DNA of 62,593 nt, counting the filler. It is 7 parts of 7 records of this genome, joined end to end, with 100 filler letters (N's around TTAATTAATTAA, not from the genome) between each part and the next. Parts side by side here need not be neighbours in the genome. Positions count along the whole stretch, not along the records: positions 45,590 to 53,556 come from DRR723986_28752; positions 53,657 to 62,593 come from DRR723986_28855; 5 more parts are not named here. One strand, given 5' to 3'. The notes beneath the pieces are model-generated. The model was not told the origin of the DNA. It searched no databases and saw only the letters and a program-made list of their open reading frames with translations. The position numbers were made by a program, and so were the translations under genes. Shown one piece after another: positions 50,801 through 61,049 of the stretch (position 1 is its first letter; each line of letters opens with the position of its first letter).

Positions 50801-53556
50801 CTGATGTAGCCAGTATTATCTCCAGCACGGCGATCATTGAGGCCAGTTCCGAATTCACAGCCGCTCGGCCCATTTTTGTGGAACCGACATGCGACTTTAA
50901 CCTGAGCACCAGCGCTACGCGGCGCAAACAAGCTGACGATGCCGTTCAGGCATTTGGTCCACGAGAGTTAAACTATTTCCAGGATGAAATCTACACGGCC
51001 TATATCCGTTACACTGCTGCCGAAGACGACCTGTGGCAGAGCGCTACTCGCGTTGATGGTGCAACGCTCGAAATTGACATTACGGGTATTAGTGATCAGG
51101 TGATGTTGTTATATGTTAAGTATCAGGATCCTGCCGACCTGAATAACTGGAAACTGCTGGACATCCTGGCGTTTAACTATTCACCGTATGCCGGAAGACC
51201 GATTGGCGTTAGTACTTTTTTCGACCGGCCCGGCACACATCGCATAACACTGCCGCCATCGCTGGTTACACATTATCGCGGCTTGGCGGTCAAGGATCAG
51301 CATGCGATTAAGTTGGAAATGGCTACCTACGGCGGCAGGGTAGAGTTGGGCAATGACGATGCAAATGCACCGCGCTTTCTGATTGATGGTGAGTTTGAAC
51401 GCCACTATGATTTTGCCGATAAATCGCTGGAATACGTTTACAACGACGCCCAATTGCAATCAACCGTGCAGGTCAAGGTCGATGACGAACAGGCAAGATA
51501 TAGCAATGTTTCAGTCCCGGACGCGCGCCGCACAGAAAAACGACATGAATTCGGGGCAGACTATCGCGTCCTCAAAAGCAGCACAGTCATTGGAAACCCC
51601 GCAGCGCCGCAGCGCGTTGATGAAAGCAGTGCCGTCTATAGCGGGCAGGGACTGGTGCTCAGTGCCACGGATGCAGTCAACAATACTACTTCCAGTGTAT
51701 ACGATGATTTTGGCCGGCCCTTAGCTACCACAAGTCCCGACGGTACAAGCGTTCAATATTCTTATGAAATGGGCCTGGAAAGCGATTTTGGCATCAATGA
51801 CCAGGACTTCCTGGGCGCTTGCCTGGCCACGTTCGTTACAGATGAGAATAACGTCACTTCCGCAAGTTTCACGGATGCCTTCGGTCGTTTGCGGCGCGAG
51901 GTTATGGACTACAGCAGCGCAACATCGGCTTCGACCGGCTTAAACATAACAACCAAGTACTTCTATGATCATCAGGATCGACTGACAAGTGTTATAAGTC
52001 CTTCCGGCGATCAAACGACGTACTACTATGACGCATTCAATCGCATCCGCTACAAATCCCAGCCCGATCTGGGAACAATAAGTTATCGCTATGACAAACT
52101 GGGGCGCATGCGTTTTGTGCAGGATCAGCGGCAGAACGATCTCGCCCTGATGGCTTTCTATCAATATGATGACCTGGGGCGACTTATCGCTATTGGTGAA
52201 GCTCAACTAAGCGGTGCAGATTCAAGCGGCAATGGAAGTGGAGAGCCCGGCACATTACGTAGAAAGGGTGGGGGAGACAGGCTGGCTGCCGTAGCATTAA
52301 CTAATTACGGACGTTTTACAGACCTGGCCAATCCCGATGTCATTAACGCAGCCGGTGCATCTTCGACCAATCCAAATGTTAATCCATCGCTCTTTGCGAA
52401 CTTAACACAATTACCGCCGCAGATAGCTCCTGTACAAAGTACAACATGCATGCCACAATCGGCCTGGTCACCGTATCAGCGTGCTGACGCGCCTGCGATC
52501 GGTCCTTTTCTGGTGCATGCGGCACAGATGCCGTCCACACAGGCATTGCTGGTCCAGCCGGAGTTAAACAACTTTGAGGATGCCGGCCTTTTTCCGCAGT
52601 TTATTCGCACGGTGGTGCACTACGATGAATTGCCGCCGATTCAGGGTGTTGCGTTTATGTATTTTCCGAGTCATGCCGACTGGAACCGCATGGCTCCAAC
52701 TGGCGTAGTTCGCAATCTTAAAGGCCGCGAAGCGGCCGTGGCCTATCGCAATAATGCGAATGAACCATTTCATTACAACGTCATGAGTTATGACGAACGC
52801 GGACGCGTTGAGGCCCTAATTCGCTATACCGAGAATATTGGATTTGACGCGACCTATTATGAGTACAACGCGCAGAATCAGGTAATTTCAATTCGCAACG
52901 TTGATGCCCTGCGGCAGCATGCAGTCTGGTACGGCACTGATCATAATGGACGGATTAACAATGTCTGGAGTACACTCGGCAGCATCACAAGCGGCACGGG
53001 CCTGCCGGTGGTCCAGCATCCAACTGCGCTAAACTGGCCTGCCGCAGTCACACCGGATTTGACGTATACTTATACAACCCGCGGTCAGATTAACAACCTG
53101 ACGTACAATCTGATTAACTGGGATGTTAATTACACATACGATGTGCGCAACCGTTTAACAAATCTGATTGCCACGGGCCCGGGACCGACTGACGGATTTA
53201 GTGAACAACTCAGCTTTGATGCCGCAAGTCAAATAACACAGCAGGTTAACACACACCTGAACGGCGCGGTTGTTCACACACATAATTTCAGTTATGATCG
53301 AGTTCGCAGATTAACAGACTGGACCCACGTTGAGCCTTCCACGGTTTCCAGTGTCAGTCTGGCTTATGATAAAGTTGGCAACCGCCTGAGCGAATTGCGA
53401 CCAGGAAATACGGGGGATTATTCCTATAGCGATCCACTTCATCCAAATCAACTGGCCACGATTACAGACAATTCATGGAATACAGCTTATTGGTATAATG
53501 AGAACGGTGCGACGAATCGTATTCGTAAAACCTGGGCCGGCGGCGGCAATTTTGGT
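47848..53556 (+). CDS. Giant Rhs/YD-repeat protein with Sec signal peptide, 3'-truncated
   Basis: Signal peptide ending LQA-Q, SGVVNYSYPI...PVSLNY N-terminus, and YD repeats (YDDFGRP, YDHQDRL, YDAFNRI, YDKLGRM, YDDLGRL, YDERGRV, YDKVGNR). Runs into the linker. Confidence 0.9.
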
Positions 53557-53656
53557 NNNNNNNNNNNNNNNNNNNNNNNNNNNNNNNNNNNNNNNNNNNN
53601 TTAATTAATTAANNNNNNNNNNNNNNNNNNNNNNNNNNNNNNNNNNNNNNNNNNNN
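53557..53656. other. Artificial contig linker
   Basis: N44-TTAATTAATTAA-N44. Confidence 0.99.
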
Positions 53657-53726
53657 TCTTCGGTCTTCAGTCTCCCGTCTTCGGTCATCTAACATCGGAC
53701 ACCCTACATCGGTCATCCGTCTTCCT
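53657..53726. repeat. Degenerate heptamer tandem repeat (about 10 units)
   Basis: TCTTCGG TCTTCAG TCTCCCG TCTTCGG TCATCTA ACATCGG ACACCCT ACATCGG TCATCCG TCTTCCT. Confidence 0.85.
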
Positions 53727-54226
53727 CATCCCTCAATAAAACTCTCCTCAAACCTCAAGAAATGACAAGTATATCCATTCGGGTTTTTCACCAAGTAATC
53801 CTGATGATAGTCTTCTGCTGGCCAAAAAGGTGTAAAAGGCTCTAAGGTAGTCACTACCTTGTTTGGCCATTTACCGGATGCATTGACCAAGTCAATCATT
53901 TCCTGAGCTTCTGCTTTTTCCTCCTCATTTTGGTAGAAAATCGCTGATCTATAGCTCGAGCCCATGTCATTTCCCTGCTGATCCACCGTCGTAGGATTGT
54001 GCATTCTGAAGAAGTAATCCAAGATCTCTTTAAAGGACGTCTGGCTTGGGTCATAGGTCAATTCTATGCCTTCAGCATGACCTGGATGGTTTTTGTAGGT
54101 GGGGTTTTCATTTTCACCACCTTGGTAACCAACTTCTGTATCTACGATTCCCGGACGTGTTCTGAAGAGATCTTCCATCCCCCAAAAACAACCGCCTGCG
54201 ATGTATGCTTTTTTGGTATTGCTCAT
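53726..54226 (-). CDS. msrA: Peptide methionine sulfoxide reductase A
   Basis: [24 protein letters not shown] and AEDYHQDY. Confidence 0.97.
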   Translation of the reverse strand: MSNTKKAYIAGGCFWGMEDLFRTRPGIVDTEVGYQGGENENPTYKNHPGHAEGIELTYDPSQTSFKEILDYFFRMHNPTTVDQQGNDMGSSYRSAIFYQNEEEKAEAQEMIDLVNASGKWPNKVVTTLEPFTPFWPAEDYHQDYLVKNPNGYTCHFLRFEESFIEG

Positions 54227-54258
54227 TTTGTTTTGGTTTAGCGTTAATGCGTTTTCAT

Positions 54259-54576
54259 TTACAAATACTGATCAACAGAAACTCTAATCATATCAATTAG
54301 TTCATTATCCATAAACTGATAATCATCTTCAATATCCAGAATCACTAAAGTTTTATCTTCTATCTCATCTCTAAAATTTTGAAACAATCTTTGTTTATGC
54401 TTCTTCTCCATAACAAAAATTATGTCCGCCCACGAAATAGACTTTGCAGAAACTTTAATCCTTGCAGAGGGCTCAGTTCCAGCTGATCTGACATTGTGAT
54501 CTTGCCTATTTTTATAAATCGCTTCTGCAGTTGGACTTCTCCAAATATTTCTACTGCAAACGAATAGTATGTTCAT
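54259..54576 (-). CDS. Low-molecular-weight protein tyrosine phosphatase-like protein
   Basis: [17 protein letters not shown]-loop, SAGT and WADIIFVME. Confidence 0.88.
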   Translation of the reverse strand: MNILFVCSRNIWRSPTAEAIYKNRQDHNVRSAGTEPSARIKVSAKSISWADIIFVMEKKHKQRLFQNFRDEIEDKTLVILDIEDDYQFMDNELIDMIRVSVDQYL

Positions 54577-54776
54577 CTTTCAACGCTTAGATAAATTCAA
54601 ATTGTGTTGGATTATCAATTCTGAAAATTAATATTCTCGATTGTCAAATATCATTTTCAAAGTAAATAATTGAACTGTTGAACTACTTCATTTCCTTACC
54701 TGCTCTACTAATTTTGACCACCTGTAGTTGTTGACAAAAGTATCATAGGATTCAGAAGGTGCTAAGCTCAAGGCTA

Positions 54777-54804
54777 CTTCGGTCTCCGGTCTTCGGTCTT
54801 CCAA
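54777..54804. repeat. Heptamer tandem repeat (4 units)
   Basis: CTTCGGT CTCCGGT CTTCGGT CTTCCAA. Confidence 0.75.
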
Positions 54805-54854
54805 CCTGTTTACCAAAGAAATAAAGGGAACTGGCATCTTTCCGGATACTAATA

Positions 54855-56483
54855 TCACTTTCCATTCCTCCTATTATAAACTTCCATATATTCATCCAGG
54901 AAACGCTTATCATTCGCATCGCTGTCTCCATACTTTTCGCGAACCTCCTCAAATTTCTTGTTCATCATTTCCCTCACCTCAGCATACTCAGGATTATCGT
55001 AGACATTATTCATTTCACTAGGGTCTTTTTCCAGATCGTAAAGTTCCCACTCATCGATGTCATAATAGAAGTGAATCAGCTTGTATCTATCGGTGGCGAC
55101 GCCATTATGACGCTTCACGCTATGCTCAGCAGGATATTCATAATAAGTATAATAAACTGCATCTCTCCACTCTTTACTTTCTCCGCTGACTAGCTTTCTG
55201 AAAGACTCGCCCTGCATTTCTTTAGGAGCTTCAATACCTGCATAATCAAGGAATGTAGGCGCAAAATCAAGATTCTGAACCAAGTTTTTGATGGTAGTTC
55301 CTGGCTTGATTTCTTTTGGATACTTTACCAAAAGCGGAGTACGGAAAGATTCCTCGTACATAAATCGCTTGTCGAACCAGCCATGCTCTCCCAAGTAAAA
55401 ACCCTGATCAGAAGTATACACTACGATGGTGTTTTCGGCCAAACCATTTGCTTCCAAATAATCCAAAACCTCTCCTACACCATCATCCACTGACTTGATC
55501 GTACGCAGGTAATTTTTGATGTAACGATTGTATTTCCAGATCGCGATCTCACGTTTCTTCTCCATGCTCAAGGTCTTCTCGTCCAGTTGTCCGTAAGCCT
55601 TCAGGAAAGCCGCATTCTTTGGATCAAAAGCTTCTCTCCAAGCCTTCAATTGCTCAGGATTAAAACGCTTTAAATCTCCTGCCAAACCAGTACTATCACC
55701 GTTAGGATTTACTTCCAGCATCAAATCACGACCCCAACGCATGATTTCATCAATCTCCATTTCCTGCTCACGAGCTGCTGTTCCTCTTCCCTGATAGTTT
55801 GTCTCTTCATCAAAGAAATTAGCCGGAGGAGTGAATTCCTTGTCATCATACAATGTCAAGTACTCTGGCGCTGGCTTCCAATTTCTGTGAGGAGCCTTTT
55901 GGTGATAAAGCATTACAAAAGGCTTTTCCTTATCTCGTCCATTTTCCAACCAGTCCAAAGCCAAATCGGTAGTAATATCTGTGACGTAGCCTTCTATTCG
56001 CTTTTTCTCCCCATTGATTAAAAAGTCGGGATTGTAATAGTGACCCTGTCCAGGCAAAACCATAGAATAATCAAAACCCTGAGGCTGTCCGTCCAAGTGG
56101 ATCTTACCAATTAGTGCTGTAGTGTAGCCATTTGCCTGCATCAGTTTCGGGAAATTATCCTGATCCCAATTGAATGGCTGGATATTATCCACTTTACCAT
56201 TCATGAAACTATGCTTTCCTGTGAGCAACACGGCACGGCTTGGCGCACAGATGGAATTTGTTACTGTAGCTCTGGTGAAAATCGCTCCTTCTTTAGCTAT
56301 TCTGTCAATATTCGGCGTTTCATTTAGACCAGAACCGTAAGCACTGATTGCTTGATAAGCATGATCATCAGCCATGATAAAAATAATATTGGGCTTTTGG
56401 GGTTGCTTTTGCTCCTCCTTAGCGTTGCAGCTAAATGCAAAAGCCGCAACTAAAAAAAGAAAATAGAGTTTTGACTCAGACAT
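54855..56483 (-). CDS. Sulfatase (S1, Cys-type), lipoprotein
   Basis: Lipobox AFSC, MADDH, CAPSRA, GKIHL, SDQG and DKRFMYE. Confidence 0.94.
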   Translation of the reverse strand: MSESKLYFLFLVAAFAFSCNAKEEQKQPQKPNIIFIMADDHAYQAISAYGSGLNETPNIDRIAKEGAIFTRATVTNSICAPSRAVLLTGKHSFMNGKVDNIQPFNWDQDNFPKLMQANGYTTALIGKIHLDGQPQGFDYSMVLPGQGHYYNPDFLINGEKKRIEGYVTDITTDLALDWLENGRDKEKPFVMLYHQKAPHRNWKPAPEYLTLYDDKEFTPPANFFDEETNYQGRGTAAREQEMEIDEIMRWGRDLMLEVNPNGDSTGLAGDLKRFNPEQLKAWREAFDPKNAAFLKAYGQLDEKTLSMEKKREIAIWKYNRYIKNYLRTIKSVDDGVGEVLDYLEANGLAENTIVVYTSDQGFYLGEHGWFDKRFMYEESFRTPLLVKYPKEIKPGTTIKNLVQNLDFAPTFLDYAGIEAPKEMQGESFRKLVSGESKEWRDAVYYTYYEYPAEHSVKRHNGVATDRYKLIHFYYDIDEWELYDLEKDPSEMNNVYDNPEYAEVREMMNKKFEEVREKYGDSDANDKRFLDEYMEVYNRRNGK

Positions 56484-56818
56484 AGTGTATTTTTTTATTG
56501 AAGTTCGAATTTATAGTTATTTGATCAAATCATGCAGTTTAGAAGAAAATCAATCAAAATTCCATGGCATGTACGGTATTAAGTGCTGGAATTCAAAACA
56601 GAAATTAAGCACTTAATAAATCTACATCGCTTCGATAGACCAAACATTCCATTGTTAATGCGCTGGTAATATCATCGGAAAATTAACCTAATACTATTAG
56701 TGAACAAAAAATTAAGAAATAAACTAGGGCTCTAGCACTAATTTAATTATGTTAGTAGCGATTTACCAATAAAGGCAATTGTTTATGCCCCATATTTGGT
56801 ATTCAACTACCCGATGCA

Positions 56819-58417
56819 ATGACCTCAATAAGCGCATTTGACTTACTAATAATAATTGTTTACCTGCTGGCAATAGTTGTCATGGGCCTATGGTTTTCTT
56901 CCAAAAAGAGGAAAACTAGTAAAGGCTATTTTCTTGCGGGGAAATCTTTGACCTGGTCTGTAATCGGCGCATCACTTTTTGCCTCTAATATTTCTACCGT
57001 CCATTTGGTAGGATTAGCAGAATCAGGATTTATAGACGGCATAGTTTGGGGGAACTTCGAATGGTTCTCAGCATTTGAACTGCTCGTACTCGCTTTTGTA
57101 TTTATACCATTCTATCTACGAACGAAAATCACTACGCTTCCTGAGTTTTTGGAAAAGCGATACGATCAGCGTTCCCGGATCATTCTTGCAATATTCAGCA
57201 TACTGGCGGCTCTATTTATGCATATTGGTGTCAGCTTCTATGCAGGGGCGGTAGTTTTCGAGCAAATATTCGGAATTAACATCCTCAGCTCCATTGTAGT
57301 TATTGCCCTTGCAACCGGGATATATACCATTATCGGTGGGCTTACTTCAGTCGTTGTCACCGAAACTATTCAGACAGTGATCCTGATTTTAGGTTCGCTA
57401 ACGGTGACTTTACTTGCAATTTTTGCACTTCCAGATGTAGGAATTACTAGCTATTCGGAATTAAAAAATGCTGTTTCAGCCGATCGTCTCCATGCAGTGG
57501 CTTTTGATTCGGAAGCGAAAGGCTTCACTTTTCTGGATATGCTTTTCGGGCATTTGATTTTGGGTATATGGTATTGGTGTACAGATCAGACGATCGTACA
57601 GCGTGTCCTTGGAGCCAAATCAGAAAATCAGGCAAAACTCGGAGCCATTTTCGCAGGCTTTCTGAAGATCCTGCCGGTCTTTATAATGGTAATTCCGGGG
57701 ATTCTTGCCTTTGCTTTATTCAAGGATGAAATTGGTAGCGACACTAAATCTGTGCTTCCGATTATGATTATGAATTTAATGCCTATCGGGCTAAAAGGAT
57801 TGATGGTGGCAGCTTTACTCGCAGCAGTGATGAGTTCTGTGGCAGCGGCATTGAATAGCTGCTCCACGCTTTTAGTATATGATGTTTTTGGAAGAATCAA
57901 CCCAAATCTATCGGATAGCATGAAGATCAGAATTGGACGAATTTCGGCAGTAGTGGTTTTAGTGCTGGCTGTGGCGTGGTCTCCATTCTTAGGCAACCTT
58001 GGCGCCATTTTCGAACTCATCAATCAGATGTTTTCCATCTTCGCTCCATCTATAGTTGCGGTTTTCTTATTTGGAATTTTGTCTCCAAAAGGAACTTCAA
58101 CTGCTGCTTTTGTCACCTTACTTGGTGGGAGTTTATTTGCCGGAGTGATTTTCATGATAGAAAAGTATATTCCGGTCGGAGGAGTAGATAATTACATCTC
58201 CAGTAGCGAGGGACTTGGTATCAATTGGCTTAGGCAAACCTATATTTTCTTTCTGATCTCCAGTTTGATTTACTGGGCCACTTCATTTACTGATAAACAG
58301 GCAAGTTCCGTTACCGGAGATTTCTATCTCAGCATAGAAACTTCTTCTGCCAAAACAAAAGTATTGAGTGCCTTACTGGTGGTCATAATGCTAACCATTT
58401 ACATGATTTTCTATTAA
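56819..58417 (+). CDS. Sodium:solute (sugar) symporter
   Basis: YFLAGKSL, ASNIS, WYWCTDQTIVQRVL and AAVMSS. Confidence 0.93.
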   Translation: MTSISAFDLLIIIVYLLAIVVMGLWFSSKKRKTSKGYFLAGKSLTWSVIGASLFASNISTVHLVGLAESGFIDGIVWGNFEWFSAFELLVLAFVFIPFYLRTKITTLPEFLEKRYDQRSRIILAIFSILAALFMHIGVSFYAGAVVFEQIFGINILSSIVVIALATGIYTIIGGLTSVVVTETIQTVILILGSLTVTLLAIFALPDVGITSYSELKNAVSADRLHAVAFDSEAKGFTFLDMLFGHLILGIWYWCTDQTIVQRVLGAKSENQAKLGAIFAGFLKILPVFIMVIPGILAFALFKDEIGSDTKSVLPIMIMNLMPIGLKGLMVAALLAAVMSSVAAALNSCSTLLVYDVFGRINPNLSDSMKIRIGRISAVVVLVLAVAWSPFLGNLGAIFELINQMFSIFAPSIVAVFLFGILSPKGTSTAAFVTLLGGSLFAGVIFMIEKYIPVGGVDNYISSSEGLGINWLRQTYIFFLISSLIYWATSFTDKQASSVTGDFYLSIETSSAKTKVLSALLVVIMLTIYMIFY

Positions 58418-58421
58418 AGTA

Positions 58422-59969
58422 ATGAGATCGATAACCCAACATATTACTTCCATTTCAATCGTTGCTATCCTTGGCGTTGCTGCTTTTTCTTTTATCAATA
58501 AAGAAGAAAAAAAATCCAAGCCAAATGTGGTCATCATACTGGCTGATGATATGGGGTTTGGCGATCCTGAAGTATACAATCCAGACTCCAAAATTCCTAC
58601 ACCGAATATCAATGCTTTGGCAAAAAGTGGTATTCGCTTTACGGATGCCCACAGCCCCAGCGCCGTTTGCACTCCTACCCGGTACGGTCTGTTGACAGGT
58701 CAATATGCCTGGAGAACAGCCTTAGAAAATGGGGTTTTACTTTACTGGGACAAGCCTCTAATCGATCCAAAAAGACAAACTATTGCTTCCATGCTGAAGG
58801 AAAGCGGATACAATACTGCAGCTATTGGCAAGTGGCACCTAGGCTGGCTTTGGTCAGATGAGCAAGGGAATTATGTGAATGACACACTAAGCGTGATGCC
58901 GCATGATGCTAAGATTCGCCAACCTTTGGCTGATAAAATAGACTTTACTAAAGCGATTGACGGTGGCCCGACTTCCTTGGGATTTGACTACTACTTCGGT
59001 GATGATGTACCAAATTATGCACCTTATGCATATTTCGAGGACGACAAGCTTCTACAAATTCCAACTATGATTAAGCCTGATACCATCTTTGGCAATCCAG
59101 GTCCAATGTTCAGCGGCTGGGACCTTCGGGCTGTCATGCCTACGATCACTCAGAAAGCAGAAACCTACATTAAAGAGCAAGCAAATTCAGATACTCCATT
59201 CTTCCTTTACTTTGCTCTCACTGCTCCACATACACCTATCGCCCCCGCAGGAGAATTTCTGGGAACGACCAAAATCGGTCCATATGGGGACTACGTGCAT
59301 CAGGTAGATTACACAGTTGGTCAGATAGTAAAAGCACTGGAAAAATCAGGTCAGCTGGAAAACACCCTTATCATTTTCACTTCAGACAATGGATCTCCAC
59401 AGCGCGATGGCACAAAAATGTCTGGCCCCGTTGGATCTGTGAAAGTAACAGGTCATAATCCAAGCAAGCCTTATAAAGGCACCAAAGCAGATATTTTTGA
59501 AGGTGGACATCGTGTTCCCTTCATCGTATCCTGGCCAGGAACTATAAAAAATGAACAAGTTAACTCTCAGCTAGTTGGACTGAATGACCTGGCAGCCACA
59601 CTTGCCAGCCTCACGGGAAACACTCAAAAAATCAGCGAATTTGAGGATAGCCGAGACTTTAGCAAGGTTTTTCTAAGCAAATCCAAAAAGCCTGTACGGG
59701 AAGATCTAATCAATCATTCTGCAAATGGATCTTTTGCAATTCGAAATGGCGATTGGAAATTGATCCTAGCAGAAGGTTCTGGAGGATGGACCAAAGTAAG
59801 TGCGACACCAGATGAAAAACTCCCTCCAGTTCAGCTTTACAATTTGAAAAACGATCCGCACGAAGACCATAATCTTTATGCAGATTATCCTGAACTGGTC
59901 AAAGAAATGACCGAGAAACTGGAAAAATATAAATCTCAAGGCTACAGTAACCCAGAATTCAGCAAATAA
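58422..59969 (+). CDS. Arylsulfatase (S1, Cys-type)
   Basis: LADDMG, CTPTRYGLLTG, GKWHLG, SDNG and EGGHRVP. Confidence 0.94.
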   Translation: MRSITQHITSISIVAILGVAAFSFINKEEKKSKPNVVIILADDMGFGDPEVYNPDSKIPTPNINALAKSGIRFTDAHSPSAVCTPTRYGLLTGQYAWRTALENGVLLYWDKPLIDPKRQTIASMLKESGYNTAAIGKWHLGWLWSDEQGNYVNDTLSVMPHDAKIRQPLADKIDFTKAIDGGPTSLGFDYYFGDDVPNYAPYAYFEDDKLLQIPTMIKPDTIFGNPGPMFSGWDLRAVMPTITQKAETYIKEQANSDTPFFLYFALTAPHTPIAPAGEFLGTTKIGPYGDYVHQVDYTVGQIVKALEKSGQLENTLIIFTSDNGSPQRDGTKMSGPVGSVKVTGHNPSKPYKGTKADIFEGGHRVPFIVSWPGTIKNEQVNSQLVGLNDLAATLASLTGNTQKISEFEDSRDFSKVFLSKSKKPVREDLINHSANGSFAIRNGDWKLILAEGSGGWTKVSATPDEKLPPVQLYNLKNDPHEDHNLYADYPELVKEMTEKLEKYKSQGYSNPEFSK

Positions 59970-59970
59970 A

Positions 59971-61044
59971 ATGGAGATCAATCAATTCCCAACGCTTCCT
60001 CAGAACCCTCGCCCTATTGCAATTATAGGTGCAGGTGGGATAGTGACAAATGCTCACTTACCTGCTTATACCTTGGCTGGATGGAAGGTCATGGGAGTTT
60101 ATGATTTGGATAGCGCGAAAAGTGAGACTGCAAAAGCTGAGTTTCCAATTGTATCTCAGACATTTTCTGATTTATCGGAATTGATTAAAGCCGCCGCTGA
60201 GCAAAACGCGATAATCGACCTTGCCGTCCCAGCAGATCAGATTATCCAGATTCTTGAGCAGTTGCCTAATGGCACTGCAGTGTTGATCCAAAAGCCAATG
60301 GGCGAAACACTGGCTGAAGCATCTGAAATCCATGAGCTTTGTCTCAAAAAGAAGCTGATCGCAGCAGTGAATTTCCAATTGAAGTTTGCTCCCTATATGC
60401 TAGCTGCCAAGGATATGATTAAGCAGGGATTACTTGGGGAAATATATGACCTGGAACTGAAAGTATGCGTCTTTACTCCTTGGCATCTTTGGGGATTTCT
60501 GAAAGAAAAGCCTCGTATGGAAGTGCTCTACCACAGCGTTCACTACTTGGATTTGATTCGCTCATTTATGGGAAATCCCTCGCGGGTACATGCCAGCACC
60601 ATCCGTCATCCCAAAATGACAGAATTGGCAGATACACGAAGCTCCATCACTTTGGATTACGATGAATTCACCCAAGCCAGAATTCTAACAAATCATGGAC
60701 ATGAGTTTGGTCTAAAAAACCAAGAATCCTACTTCAAAATAGAAGGAACAAAAGGCGCAATCAAAATAACGATTGGGCTATCTCTGGACTATCCCAAAGG
60801 TCAGGCTCCAAAGATGGAGTACTGTCTGTTAGATGATCCTAAAGGCTGGCAGGAAATCCCACTGAAGGGTGGCTGGTTTCCTCATGCATTCATCGGCTCG
60901 ATGGCGGCCTTGCAGGTAACCTGCGAAAATCCTGGAACTCATTTACCAAACAGTACAGCAGACGCGCTTCAGACCATGAAACTCGTCGAAACAGTTTACA
61001 AAGCATCCGAATCAGGTGGTACACCATTCGGTAAAATAAGTTGA
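59971..61044 (+). CDS. Gfo/Idh/MocA family oxidoreductase
   Basis: IIGAGGI, QKPMG, VNFQ and HSVHYLD. Confidence 0.9.
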   Translation: MEINQFPTLPQNPRPIAIIGAGGIVTNAHLPAYTLAGWKVMGVYDLDSAKSETAKAEFPIVSQTFSDLSELIKAAAEQNAIIDLAVPADQIIQILEQLPNGTAVLIQKPMGETLAEASEIHELCLKKKLIAAVNFQLKFAPYMLAAKDMIKQGLLGEIYDLELKVCVFTPWHLWGFLKEKPRMEVLYHSVHYLDLIRSFMGNPSRVHASTIRHPKMTELADTRSSITLDYDEFTQARILTNHGHEFGLKNQESYFKIEGTKGAIKITIGLSLDYPKGQAPKMEYCLLDDPKGWQEIPLKGGWFPHAFIGSMAALQVTCENPGTHLPNSTADALQTMKLVETVYKASESGGTPFGKIS

Positions 61045-61049
61045 TCCTC

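Noticed and set aside
5511-53656. Recurrent TTAATTAATTAA motif
   Set aside because: It is an artificial stop-in-all-frames linker embedded in N runs.
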